A stretch of DNA of 41,628 bases from Chiloscyllium plagiosum (Eukaryota), in contig NC_057719.1 in NCBI RefSeq assembly GCF_004010195.1, positions 44,925,097 to 44,966,724 on the forward strand, in the 5' to 3' direction. How positions within the stretch are numbered: position 1 is the stretch's first letter; each line of letters starts with the position of its first letter. Positions 1 to 12,480 of the stretch are shown here, one piece after another. The notes beneath the pieces are model-generated. The model ran no database searches and had not been told where the DNA came from. It saw only the letters and a list, made by a program, of their open reading frames with translations. The position numbers were made by a program, and so were the translations under genes.

Positions 1-696
1 CTGGACTAGGGGGGGATAGGACAGTGTCGAGGTAGGTAGATTTGAGTTCAGTGGGGCAGGAGCATGCTGAGACAATGGGTCGGCCAGGGTGGTCAGGCTT
101 GTGGATCTTGGGAAGGAGGTAGAACCGGGCAGTGCGGGGTTCCCGGACTATGAGGTTGGAAGCTGTGGGTGGGAGATCTCCTGAGGTGATAAGGTTGTAT
201 ATGGTCTGGGAGATGATGGTTTGGTGATGGGGGGTGGGGTCATGGTCGAGTGGGCAGTAGGAAGAGGTTTCCTCGAGTTGGCGTTTGGCTTCAGCGGTGT
301 AGAGGTCAGTGCGCCAGACTACCACTGCACCCCCTTTATCCACTGGCTTGTTGGTGAGGTTGGGATTGGAGCAGAGGAATTGGAGGGCTGCGCGTTGTGA
401 GGGTGAGAGGTTGGAGTGGGGGAGGGGGGTAGACAGGTTGAGGCGGTTAATGTCCCGGCGGCAGTTGGAAATGAAGAGGTTGAGGGCAGGTAATAGGCCA
501 GCGCGGGGTGTCCAGGTGGATGCAGTGTGTTGGAGGTGGGCGAAGGGGTCCTCGGAAGGTGGGCGGGAGTCCTGATTGTGAAAGTAAGCTCGGAGACGGA
601 GGCGACGGAAGAAGTATTCGATGTCACGGCGTGTATTAAATTCATTGATGCGTGGACGGAGGGGGATGAATGTGAATCCTTTGCTGAGGACTTAAA
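1..696 (-). mobile_element. Penelope-like element (PLE) ORF fragment, N-terminal part of the reverse transcriptase; runs off the left window edge
   Basis: Minus-strand frame reads without stops: VLSKGFTFIPLRPRINEFNTRRDIEYFFRRLRLRAYFH...KPVDKGGAVVVWRTDLYTAEAKRQL...RTARFYLLPKIHKPDHPGRPIVSACSCPTEL. The KPxDKG, YLLPKIHK and GRPIVS motifs are typical of PLE RTs. CpG-rich, so probably young. Confidence 0.9.
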
Positions 697-802
697 CGTC
701 GATTTTGCTGAAGCTCCTCGGATGCTGCCTGAACTGCTGTGCTCTTCCAGCACTATTGATCCAGAATCTGGTTTCCAGCATCTGCAGTCATTGTTTTTAC
801 CT
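696..802 (+). mobile_element. Inverted partial PLE terminal repeat (pLTR) joined to the 5'-truncation point of the element at 1-696
   Basis: aacgtcgattttgctgaagctcctcggatgctgcctgaactgctgtgctcttccagcac...ccagcatctgcagtcattgtttttacc is the near-exact reverse complement of 29222-29325. Confidence 0.85.
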
Positions 803-879
803 TGTTGATGACACTGTGCTGTTGACCTAAGATTAATCCGAGCCAATACCATCTTTGGTCTAAAGTGTTACCTTCTATG

Positions 880-1175
880 TCTCACTTGGGAAGTAAATTT
901 CCTGGCACTATTTAAAGACAAACTGTTCTCCTGGTTTGTTAGCGAGCAATATTACTCATAACAAATGGCATCAAAAAAACAAGACCATTTGCTCATTTGA
1001 CTCACTGCTGTTTCTAACATCACTGCTGGATATGGCCGACTGGACTTGTTGCACTTCTTAATTACAGAAGTGACTTGGGAAATTACAAAGTGATCAGATT
1101 AGATAGAAACAGAAGTGTTTACAAAGATTTTATGGTGATCTTGGATGTCAAAAATGTACGAATATTTACTTTGTT
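880..1175 (+). mobile_element. Highly decayed SINE, possibly Deu-domain (SacSINE1/DeuSINE-like)
   Basis: tggcactatttaaaga...caatatt...caaaaaaacaagaccatttgctcattt...ctgctgttt...gaagtgact follows, in order, the Deu-domain layout as I recall it. Very divergent. Confidence 0.4.
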
Positions 1176-1482
1176 TCCTGCAAGTTAAATTAGTGCAGAA
1201 GAAAAGTTTGGTGAGGAGGAGGAGAAGAGACAGATTCGATAATATCTGTGTTCAGACATGGGAAATGTGATGTGCTTCCACCCTTGTTGAAGCAGGCAGC
1301 ACATAAGCTTTTAGAAGCCTGAGCATCCAGATGACTGTAGAGTGCAGCTCAATGCAGAATGGACTGCTGACTGGCTACAGGGGTTAAATAGTGTGCACAG
1401 CTAACATAATGCTTGGATACCTGAAAGCACAGCTCTGCTCCTTCAATAGGAGATACTGCAGCAATGTCTGGAAGATTTAAAT

Positions 1483-2003
1483 TCATAGAAGTTTACAGCA
1501 TGGAAACGGGCCCTTCAACGCAACTTGTCAATGCCACACAGTTTTCACAATTAATCTAGTTTCATTTCATCCGTATTCCTCCATACCTATTCCAACCATG
1601 TACCTGTTGAAATGTTTTTTTTAATGACAAAACTGTACTTGCTTCCACAATCCAATCCAGTCACTCTATTGAAAACATTACCTCTTTTGTATCTGTCCCC
1701 TCATCTTAAAGGAGGAGAAAGTGAGGACTGCAAATGCTGGAGATCAGAGTCGAATAGTGTGGGGCTGGAAAAGCACAGCAAGTCAGGCAGCATCCGAGGA
1801 GCAGGAGAGTTGACGTTTCGAGCATAAGCCCTCCACCTTAAACTTGTGCCGTCTAGTTTTAGACTCCCTTACAGTGGGGGAAAAAGCTGTTGGCTATCTG
1901 CCTTATCTATGCCTCTTATGATTTCATAGGTCCCTGTATGGTCACTCCTCCTATGTTCCAGTGAAAAATGTCCCAGCCTATTCAGCCTCTCCTTATAACT
2001 CAA
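1483..2003 (-). mobile_element. CR1 (HER1-like) LINE 3' fragment, interrupted by a PLE pLTR at 1711-1832
   Basis: Begins with the CR1 tail (catagaagtttacagcatggaaacgggccctt) and is collinear with the better-preserved CR1 at 32170-32600 (ccttaaac..tgcc..ctagtt, cccagccta/gttcagcctctcc). Confidence 0.75.
1711..1832 (-). mobile_element. PLE pLTR fragment
   Basis: ggagaaagtgaggactgcaaatgctggagatcagagtcg...gcatccgaggagcaggagagttgacgtttcgagcataagccct; same family as 15742, 30819 and 33570. Confidence 0.85.
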
Positions 2004-2049
2004 CAGGATAAGTACAGAAATTTAAATGGAGTGACAGGCAAGGGCGGAG

Positions 2050-2640
2050 ACTCTTCGATGTGATGTGGGAGATGAGTGCTTTGGATAAAAGAAGGATGTC
2101 ACGTGTTCACTGTGGGGTCAGAAAGTCCTCGAGACCAACCCTGAGAAGCAACTGGGTGCGGGTGGCTACGGACGTCATCTCCATCTTCTGGCTGGAGTAC
2201 CACAACACGTTCAATGACCTGGCATGGGCAGTAAAAGGCAATAGCTTCAGATCTTTACACACATCTCCTACCCATCATCTCCATGCTGAATGCGTCATAT
2301 CTGTATCACTCATTCAAAAACGTTCAGGACTTCTGCCTAACATTCAGATCTTTCACCTCATCCTATATGCCTATGCCACTCTGACTCGCACATCTTGCAG
2401 TTTCCATGTATCTCCTGTATTCAGCTGTACGTGAGCCAAACACATTGCAACACATTCCTGATGAAGAGCTTAGCTCGAAACGTCAACTCTCCTGCTCCTC
2501 GGATGCTGCCTGACCAGCTGTGCTTTTCCAGCACCACACTTTTTGACATTGTAACACACACTGACAAAGGTCACTCTCTTTTGCAGGCCAGGACAGCCCA
2601 TAACCCCAGGTAGCAGTTGGGAATCCACATGGGATGGGTG
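2050..2640 (+). mobile_element. PIF/Harbinger transposon relic, Myb/SANT-like protein gene fragment
   Basis: Translation ...LDKRRMSRVHCGVRKSSRPTLRSNWVRVATDV...WLEYHNTFNDLAWAVK resembles the Myb/SANT W..VA....WxQCRKKFNDL pattern. It is followed by an acceptor ctctcttttgcag and ARTAHNPR, resembling the second exon of such genes. Confidence 0.55.
2454..2546 (+). mobile_element. PLE pLTR fragment carrying a minimal hammerhead motif
   Basis: attcCTGATGAaGAGCttaGCTCGAAAcgtc followed by ctcctgctcctcggatgctgcctgaccagctgtgcttttccagcaccacac. Confidence 0.85.
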
Positions 2641-2651
2641 TGTCTTTATCT

Positions 2652-2810
2652 GAAACAAAATCAGAAAACGCTGGAAAACCTCAGCATGTGCGGACAGAAA
2701 GCAGTTTTAATGTTTCTGGTCCAGTGACCCTTCTTCAGAACTGACCCGCTGAAATTTTCCAGCAAGTTGTGTTTTTGTTTCTGATTTCCTGCATCTGCAG
2801 CTCTTTTTGG
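2652..2810. mobile_element. Inverted pair of pLTR fragments from a second PLE family
   Basis: Left arm (minus) contains CTGAAGAag-GGTC-actg-GACC-aGAAAcatt. The right arm (plus), ttttccagcaagttgtgtttttgtttctgatttcctgcatctgcag, is complementary to the left arm start gaaacaaaatcagaaaacgctggaaaa. Confidence 0.65.
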
Positions 2811-3444
2811 GGTTTTTTTGCTTAGTGTCTTCAACAACTGTCCTCTGGACGATATAGTCCTGTGTCATGGAGCTAACTGTTACTGAGGCCAATTCATCCT
2901 GAGTACGTTCAGGATAAAGGTGTGCTCCTGCCATGAGTCCAATCTCAAATCCTCAGCATAGACTCATCATGAAAAGCAAGAGCTGCACCAGAACAAGGAC
3001 TGTCACATGATAAGTACCTACTCAAATAGTGTCATAGTGTGAATTTTATAAGGATGTATAGAGTTGGGATCGGCATGTTGTGAAACACTATGTGAGTGGA
3101 CTATGGACAGGGCAGGTGGGAAGGATGTCTGTGTGCCCACTCACTGGAGGAAAGGTTGCAGACAGGTTCTGGAGAGTATTCTGGTGGGGACTCCACTGGG
3201 GTATTACGGATATGGCCATCACTGATGCTTGCTGCGTTGACATGTCTTTTACACAATCTCATTTCATCAATAAAAAGCATGGACATTGTATGGCTATCAG
3301 AGCCCATCATTTCCAATATGGAAGTTGTGGTCAACCCCGTGGAAACACTAGTGGGCAAAGCCATGGTGTAGTACCTGATGGCTGCTGACTTGGCTTCCAT
3401 TGCAGTGTCTCTATGGGAAGTGAGTGGAGGCTCAGACTGAGCTC

Positions 3445-3621
3445 ATAGAGTCATAGAGATGTACATCATGGAAACAGACCATTCGGTCCAATCCGTTCAT
3501 GCTGACCAGATATCCCAACCCAATCTAATCCCACCTGCCAGCACCCGGCCCAAATCCCTCCAAACCCTTCCTATTCATATACCCATCCAAATGCCTCTTA
3601 AATGTTGCAATTGTACCAGCC
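3445..3621 (-). mobile_element. CR1 LINE extreme 3' end (5'-truncated)
   Basis: catagagtcatagag microsatellite tail, and near identity to 32170-32340. Confidence 0.85.
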
Positions 3622-4219
3622 TCAAAATCAATATTTATTGCTGTGCAAGGTTCCCAGAGAGACTTGTCCCTTTTAGGTGATAACCAGGTTGCTACCTTGG
3701 GGCAGTGTCAGTGATTCAGAAACCTTTATATCCTCTCTCTCAGGCTGACAACCTTCATACTTGCCCCATTACTGCTCTACTTCTGCCCTTGCTGTTGCCT
3801 CTCTGGAATCCCAGGACACTGCCAGACCCACACCAAGACAATGCATCTGAGCCTGAGCCCATAGCACCCAGAGATGCTCGAAGAGGTCATAAAGATTGAG
3901 CTGCCTTTCCCCCTGAGTGAAGGCCAGCAGCATCCATCAACCATGCTGCAGTAATTAAGATAGCTCTGTAGAAGTGCAGGAAAGGAAACTGAATGGCATG
4001 CACTAAGAGCATGCACAAGGGTTGAACTTGAGCTTAGTATATGTGGTTGAAAGTGTTGGGAAATTGCTGTGGAATGTGGGAGCTGGTGTGGCTGAGAATG
4101 AGTGGGGGAAGATATTGTATTCAATACTGAAAGAGGGAGAGTATGAGCCTCGGTGGGAGGTAGATGCAGGAGCTAAGGTAGGGTGAGTGTGAGGTAGCAG
4201 AGAGAAATTGGTGGCACAT

Positions 4220-4440
4220 TCCCATTGGCCGCCTTCCTGCATTGTTGAGTGCTCATCCAGACTGTGGATGCTGCACTGCCTGAGTAGCAACCTCAAGTCA
4301 GGTTGGTAGGGCTTGGTATCATGGTCACCTTTACTGGTCCTTTGGAAAGATTATGCCCCTCCTCTGTGCCACACTGTCCATGGGACGTCCACGTCCCTGC
4401 CCACAAAACAAAGCACCAATTTGTCTTGTCTGCCATGCCT
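4220..4440 (-). mobile_element. PIF/Harbinger relic, second Myb/SANT-like fragment (frameshifted)
   Basis: Stitched minus-strand translation: KLVLCFVGRDVDV-MDSVAQRRGIIFPKDQ*R*P*YQALPT*LEVATQ-SAASTVWMSTQQCRKAAN (PRF...W.EVA..VSA.S...QQCRK pattern). Confidence 0.55.
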
Positions 4441-5973
4441 CAGCAAAGGTCTACAACTGTGCTGGACTGCTGTGGATGAACACATGACCAGATTTAACAA
4501 TGACAATTTAAATGTGGCACCGGTGCTAGGTTTGCCATACATTCTGGCTGTGACATGTACCTTGGGCTGCGGTGAGTGGGAGGATTGTGCTAACGAGACG
4601 GGCACCACAGCAGTGCAGCACCTTGTTAATGAGGCCTGTTTGCGCCTATCATGTGAGCAAACGCAGTGGCTCCCGCAGAGAAAAATCTCTATGAAATTCC
4701 ATGAAAATGAGACTTAGCCCAAATATGGGAACATCCAGCCCACCAAAGTCCTCCCCTGGAATTTGGATGCTTCAAATAATGGCATAAGGGTACTGTGGAC
4801 TCCATTGTGAAGCTGGGACAGATGATATGGGATTAGTACATGGACTTGAGCAGTCCAAAATGGCAGATTGTGCACCAAGTTGAAGTCAGAGGCTGTCTGA
4901 TCCCTCAATCTGCAAGCATCTGGCACATGCGCAGCAAATCTGCACGTGTGCACTATCAGTCAAAGTGCAGCATAGTGGCATATAACACCCAATGGCTAGT
5001 TCCTGAGTTTGGGGTTTCAATAGCACAGCCAATAACAGCACTGTAGATCCTAAGTTTACTTTTTTTTGCATCACAGAGTAGTAAAGTGATCCCAAAATTG
5101 CTGAATAATGCCCCTTTCAGCAATCAGCGGAGCTTATTTCCTTGCTCTTCAGGTCACACTGTAGTCATGATGCAAATTTATGTAATTCAGATCCATAATG
5201 TTGCCATGGTGCCAATGTTATATCTAGACATCAGGAATATTGTGCCCAAAAATCATGCCATGAACAAAGGATAGAGAAATAACCCAGAGCGAGTGGCAGA
5301 ATAAAATACAGTGAATGAGTATAGAAAGAATTCAGTGGATTAAGAGTAGAAGAAAAAGAAGTTGTAAAGAGAATGCATGAAGAAAAGTTAAAAGGACAAG
5401 CAGAAACTGATCAGTTGTAATGCGTGTTGGGAATTGTTGCATCGATTCTCGAGAAATTGAGTTGAAAGACCAGGCAATTATGTGAGATGGTCAAACATTA
5501 TTACTCATACTGTATTTCAAAATAATTTTTTGTAGGGAATCTGTCCAATTTGCAATTGAATGTCATAACCAAGCTTCACCTGAAAATGATCAACTTCTGA
5601 CACTCATGCCCAAGAAAATTCCACGTACACAGATTGGAATTGAGTTTTAAGAAGGTCTTGGGATGATTCACACACTGCTGGACTGGGACTCCTTGGCTTC
5701 ATTTGTTTCCTTGCTAGCTCTCCAAGGTTGTGTTTCATGTCAGGATCATAAATTACATTAACAGTGTCCTTACAACATGAATTACTCGCTCCAACTGGAA
5801 ACAGGAGAAATCCAGCAAGTTCAGGACACACAATGCAGAGGCTCACTACTGGGTTGCAGTTTTTTTCACTTTATTGAGGCTAGAAGTAGAATGGCACAAA
5901 TTAGTCCAATTTGTAGAGAATTGGAACTCATGCTATTTCTTCTTCACTACAGATTGCCAGATTTTATTTCTAA

Positions 5974-6276
<303 letters not shown>

Positions 6277-6649
6277 TAGATTTAATTAAGCAAGTACCTA
6301 TTTACTTTAATTTTAAAAATACTGCTGTACAACTGGTTTTGTTAGAACAGGACAGACAAACTAACCAACATACTATGTGATTATTTTCTGTTCCACACAT
6401 GTTGAACTATCTGCTTCTCTACCCCATGGTAGCCCCATGGAAATGGAGCAAGTGAGGGAGGGCTAAGATGGCAGGAGGCATTGCCAAAATGGTTTGCCTG
6501 CTGGCATTAATCTTATTGCCTTTTTCTCCAGGTATGAGTTACATCCAGCATTTAAATAAGGTTCAAGAGTTAATATCTCTGTTTATGAGTGGGCACCTGT
6601 AAATTTACAGCCTAAGGAGGGAAAGTGGCTTCTACACTGCCTCCTTCTT

Positions 6650-7850
6650 CTTTTTAGATTCATTCACAGGATGTGGTCCTTGCTTATTAGACCATCACTT
6701 ATTCCTCCTGCCTAGCTGCTCCTGACAAGCTGTGGTGAGCTGCCTTCTTGAACCACTGCCTTGGTATAAGTGTTAGAAAGTGAATTTCTGGAGTTTTGAC
6801 TCTGGAACAGTGAAAGAATGGTTTTTAAAAAAAAGTTTCCAAGTCATAATGTTATGTGGCTCGAAGAAGGACTTTTGGACATTGAAGAGAGTAAGTGGAG
6901 TGCCGGTCATGTGGGCTGCTTTGTTCAAGATGGTTTTGATCTTCTTGAATGTAGGTGAAGCTGTGACCATCCAAGCAAGCAGAAAGTATTCCAATACATC
7001 CTGCCTTGGGTCTTGTAGATGGCAGACATGCTGTGGAGAATCTGCAGTTGAGTTACTCATAGAATTTCAAATGCTTTATCTGTTTTTTTTTGCTGTAATG
7101 TTAATATGGCCGATCTAGCTCTGTTTCTGATCAATGGTAAGCCTCAGGACATTGCTGATGGGGACAATCAGCAATTCTAATGGTGTTGAATATCAAGGGA
7201 AAATAGTTACGTATTCTCTTTGTGGCACAAATGTTACTTGGCATTTATCAACTCAAATGTGGATATTGTTGAGGTCTTGTTGCTTATGGATACTGAGTAT
7301 CTGAAGAGTCGTGAATGGTCCTGAATATTGCGCAGCCATTAGCAAAGATCCCTACTTCTGACCTTTATGATTTAGCAATTCAAGATGGTTGGGCCTAGAA
7401 TCCTAGCCTGTGGAACACCTGCAGAGATGTCCTGAGGCTGAGACAACTGACATCTAACAGCCACAACCATCTTCCTTTCTGCTAGCTGTAATTCCTGCCA
7501 GCAAAGAATTGCTTCATCCATGATTCCCACGGACTCCGTTACGTTCAGACTCCTTTTCGCTGCACTTCAGTTAAATGGTTCCTTGATGTCAAGAGGAATC
7601 ACTCCCTATCCAAGTTCAGCTCCTTTAATTTATATTTGGATCAAGATTGTAGTGAGGTCAGGAACAAAGTATTTCCTTATTGAACTGAAGTGAGCTTCAG
7701 TGAGCATGATCTTGCTGAGGAAGTTCTGGAGCACACCTTCAGTGTTATTGTGGCAATGATAGGGTTCACAGATTCTGTGCACTGCAAGAATGCTGAAGCC
7801 CTTGCTGATGTTATCTGTTAGGCCTTTAGTGCCCTGCACCAAGAACTCTG
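6650..7850 (-). mobile_element. Decayed CR1-group/L2-like LINE, RT region and 3' tail
   Basis: Minus frame ...QDVLEYFLLAWMVTASPTFKKIKTILNKAAHMTGTP (cf. RSVMEYSPLAWM..APTTLKKLDTIQ.KAARLIG). Collinear with 17630-18410 and 35860-36430; A-rich tail at ~6650. Confidence 0.75.
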
Positions 7851-10006
7851 TGGAACTTAACCCCAGCATACACTTCCTCAGAGTGCTGTTTTTGCAGATC
7901 CCATAATTTCACTCTGTTTTTCCACTGAAGTAGATTCTTGAAGATGATTTTTCTTCCATTGCAACAGGCACCCCAACGAGGTGACACTGTATTGATTCAG
8001 GCCTGGTGAGGGGAAGCAGTTTCCTCCTTTGGGCGAATCTTGTCAGATGTGGACTCCTTTACCCAGAACAAAGGTTTCCTGTTGTAATTCACCCGAAGGC
8101 AGAAGCGTATTTCTGACAAGGAGATAAAATATCACTCGTGTGCACGTTTACTATTCACTTTTTGAAAATGGCACAATGAAGAAGGCAGGAATTTCCATTG
8201 CTTTCAAAAGAACACTTTATTTTTTTGTCTGGTCAACAAATCAGTTGAACAAACCGGTACAGATGAAAATATAACAATGCTGTCCATAGTACAATGATCT
8301 CAACAATGGAGTGACCACATTTGAAGCTGGATTAGTTTTAAAAATGAAATACCTGCACAGAGCTCTGCAAAGTAGGCAGAAACTATTATGAGCAAGCTGG
8401 CCGTGGTGTTCCCTTTTGATGTTATAATAGTTTTAAAAGATCAGCAATACATACTAATTTAAATTAATTCCCCAGATTTCTGCAATACAATGGGGTGAAC
8501 CTGTCTCTTATCTTTCTGGAACCTTTTAAAGGGAATTCAAAACAAATATTTACATTTTTACTTCCATCGGAATCCAAAGCAACTGTCCACTAGTTAGTAC
8601 GTCAATACCATACTTAAGTACTTCCTGTAGTTCCTGCTACCGTTTTATGCCACCATCACATTCCAAGAGCCAATAGCATATGTCACAGGAGTTGGACACT
8701 TTGGGCATCTAACATTTTCTTTTCTATCCAAGTTAGAAATGGAAAGCTTTTGACTTATTTCTGTATTGAATAATTTTGTTAGATGTTGCATGTTTCTATA
8801 ATGTGCATTTTTAGATTTCTTTAACCCATCAGTGTTTCAAACCTTTCCTGCTGTGTGCAGATATTCCCTATGACTAAATTCTGCCATAGAAGAGGAATAT
8901 TTCACATAGGATGGTTGTGTACCTAACTGTTGTGCCACAATGGCCATTAAAAAATTCACTGCTCGTATCTGTGATTCATTCACTTGGACCAGTAACCTTT
9001 TTGCAAAATGAGCTTCTGTGACTTATACAGACCTGCATGATGATGTAGAACTACCACTGACATGAACCCCAACCTGTTCTTTCTGCAATAATCCATGCTT
9101 GTTAGTGTACAACAATAGCAGAGTAGGTCAACAGAAATGCTGGCTTTCATTGTAACTCAACCCACCTGGTGAAAATGGGGTGAGTGGGATGTTTACAATA
9201 GCAACAATCAATATATTCGCCTGGTCCTCTGAAATCACTCTGCCATCTTCATTTCAGATTCAATTAAATCCAGTATGCACCTGCTTGACATAGGTAGGTA
9301 TCTCAAATATGAGTCAGACTGTGTAATTTGGATCTCAGTGCCAAAGTGACTGGAAAGGTCACAAGTTCCATTCAGCACCAAATGTAGAGTAAAACTTGAG
9401 GCAACCTTAAATCATGCCTAACCATATAGCTTTTGCAATGCTGTGAATATAGTGACAAGTGAATATAGTGCTTGGTGGTGCACAGCTATCTGCTAATAGG
9501 CAAATCTACAAAAATATATATTCCCAAGGAACAGCACTCAGCATGTTGGACCCTCAAGTCTCTCCCAAATGCATCCACTCAGTAGATCCAGACAAAATCA
9601 CAATATTTAATGGTGAACTTAAAACTGAAGCATGCATTACAGTTGAAGTACTGGCACGGGACAGTCGATACCCAAAAATATCAGTTAACATCCAAGCTGG
9701 TGATTTTGTTTATCCATTTGGCTCATTATCCTTTAGATCAACTTAACTGGATAAATCATGTTTGTTTGTTTTCAAAAACCTTTAGTACTTGTACACCTTT
9801 GGGTCTAGCTGAAACAGTGTTTCCAAAGATCAGATTTACCTATTTTTATTTCTGGAATTAAAAGTTCAGCCATTCAGTTGAATTTGACAGCATCTAATAT
9901 AGGCTACGTGAAGACTTGCCTTTTAAAATTTATTTGCAAATGATTTTGCAGAGATTCGGTTAGCAGTGACTTCTGATCAGTTAAAGTTTTGAAGTTATTT
10001 GAGTGA

Positions 10007-10330
<324 letters not shown>

Positions 10331-12105
10331 ATGTTGAATTTTTACTATGCATTAGTGATGTGTACTGTAAGTCTGGCTGCCTACTGCATTCCAATGACCT
10401 TCCAAATCGACTGCCTACACTTCTCTGTTGAGTTGAAAGACTTTTTGTTTCAATCATCCAACGAACAGTTAGTTTATATTCTGCAGTTCTTCCATATTTC
10501 TGAACATAAACAACTTAGAAAGCAATGGATGCCAAGAAGCCAAAGAAACATGTTAACAGGAGTCTAAAACAATGATAAGAAGATGTATATTTTTGAGAGT
10601 CAACGAAAGTTCAGTTACAGCAAGACAGTCAGAATTCTTTGCACATTGACTCTTCTGTGGAAAGTTAGATCCACGGTGTTTGGAGTATTACAATTCAGTA
10701 TTACACAAACAAAGAACTTTCTAAAAAAAACTTGTCTTTTTTATCAAGCAAATGTTACATAGTAAATCCTTAGGGTTTTTAACACATGTGTTAGTGGCAC
10801 CATTACTATGTTGTTGAGCAACTTCTTGAAAATATTTCAGTTAAAGGTGTAGACTTGACCTTGGTACTGTGAACCTTGCAGTGTTGTGCTATTCTGTTTT
10901 ATTCTTGTACCTTTTTAGGTGCCTTTATTTTACTTGTTGTCAGATGTATATGAGTGCAGTGACAATCAGAATCTTTTCTCTAGCTGCAAACTTTCGTCTC
11001 CACCCATAATAGACACAAAAAAGAAAATTACTTTATTGTGGGAAATGATTTGTCTTCTATATAGACACACAATCATATTGGGGATGGAATCTAAATTTGT
11101 TTTATGTGAGGTGTGGGATTGTTGGTCAATTTGAATATTTTTGCAGTTAGCTGGTAAATTCCACTGATTTTTGAAGATGGGTGAAATCTGCCGCTATGTA
11201 CCAGGAGATGACTGCAAATGTGTGAGTTGAGAAATAGAGTCAGTTATAGTTTGCTGGTGGGTCAATGAAAGTACGAATGAGTGGGTAGCCCAATTGGCCT
11301 TTGAGTTCCAGTGTACCAAGGGACAAATTCAAGTTGAGTACTTTTGAATTCCAGTACATTTGTATTCAAAGACATGCTATTTATTTATATGCAGTTACTC
11401 AATGCGTATGATTCTAAATTCACATTTCTGTTTAATTTGCTGTCAGATTGGTTTGATAACTATAGTTTGCATTGATTTTCATTCTAAATTCCAGTGTTGT
11501 ACGAGTGTAAATATGACACAAACCAGCACAAGTCAAGCAAATTTTTTTCAGTAATCATAGTCAAAGAATGATAATGTCCCATATACATGAAAAGGTTCCC
11601 CGCTGCAGGACAAAGGTTGTAATAGCAGATCACTAAACAGCTGTTGGGATCCATCAAGCTTTACTCATAGTATGAGTATAATAGATAACAAGGAAATTAA
11701 TAGACCACATTAAAGGAATTTCATTTTTAATTTCATTAAGACCGTGTCATTTACATTGTGGCTGATATACAAATTAGCTTTAAGATGAACTAGCTTTGTT
11801 GCTAAATGGCTAAATTTTCAAGCTAATACATAGTATTTTACAATACATTATTGATGGCAATATTTTAACATTTAGCAGCATTTTTGCAACTGGAAGTTTC
11901 TTAAATATTTTTTGATATGAAACATGTTTCTATGGTATTTTTATATAACTGATATTTTTACATAAAATTATATTAATCAAGTAGTTGTCAAGTGCAGTGC
12001 AATTTTTAGCAGTATTATGGCAGTTAGCAGTACTGGAGGCAGTATTATAAACTGATAATTTCAGTAGATTGATATTTGTAAATAAATATTTTGTTTGGAT
12101 AAGTA
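10331..12105 (+). promoter_or_regulatory. frmd6: frmd6 3'UTR (predicted extent)
   Basis: AT-rich, transposon-free stretch after the stop codon with many miRNA seed matches; ends at TGTAAATAAA followed by a GT/T-rich tract. The end position is inferred. Confidence 0.65.
12081..12086 (+). terminator. Polyadenylation signal AATAAA, candidate for frmd6
   Basis: gatatttgtaAATAAAtattttgtttggat...gttggttggccttgtg: upstream UGUA element and downstream GU-rich element. Confidence 0.6.
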
Positions 12106-12403
12106 AGTTGGTTGGCCTTGTGAAAACATTGGATTACTCTATCCCTTCCCCACATAAGCACATTAATGACGGTTACTTCATAAAGGATCAAGGTACATTT
12201 TTAATTGTGATTCAATAAAGATGAATCAACTATTTCCAGTCACAGAAGGCACTAATCACAGTGTATTGGGTTCAATAACAAGGTAGGCATAGTTTGGGGT
12301 TTAATCGGACTATGTAGATGTTTTTAATACTGTGCAACCTTAAAACCTCCTTCTAATGAGATTACTAAGCTAATGATTGAATAATAACAAACATTGTTTC
12401 ATT

Positions 12404-12480
12404 ACATTCATGAAATGTGGGGCATCATCGGCTAGGCCAGTGTTTTTTTGACCCTATCCCTAATTACCCTGGAGAAGGCA
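12404..12480 (-). mobile_element. Short 3' tail of the CR1-group LINE or its partner SINE
   Basis: cattcatgaaatgtggggcatcatcggctaggccag...ctatccctaattaccct is the reverse-complement homologue of 15185-15250. Confidence 0.6.

Noticed and set aside
9459..9746. 95-aa ORF with a vaguely cadherin-like ITVEVLARDSRYP segment in the last frmd6 intron
   Set aside because: No ATG start, no convincing splice sites and no other family motifs, and frmd6 splices in frame across it. A BLASTX search would settle it.
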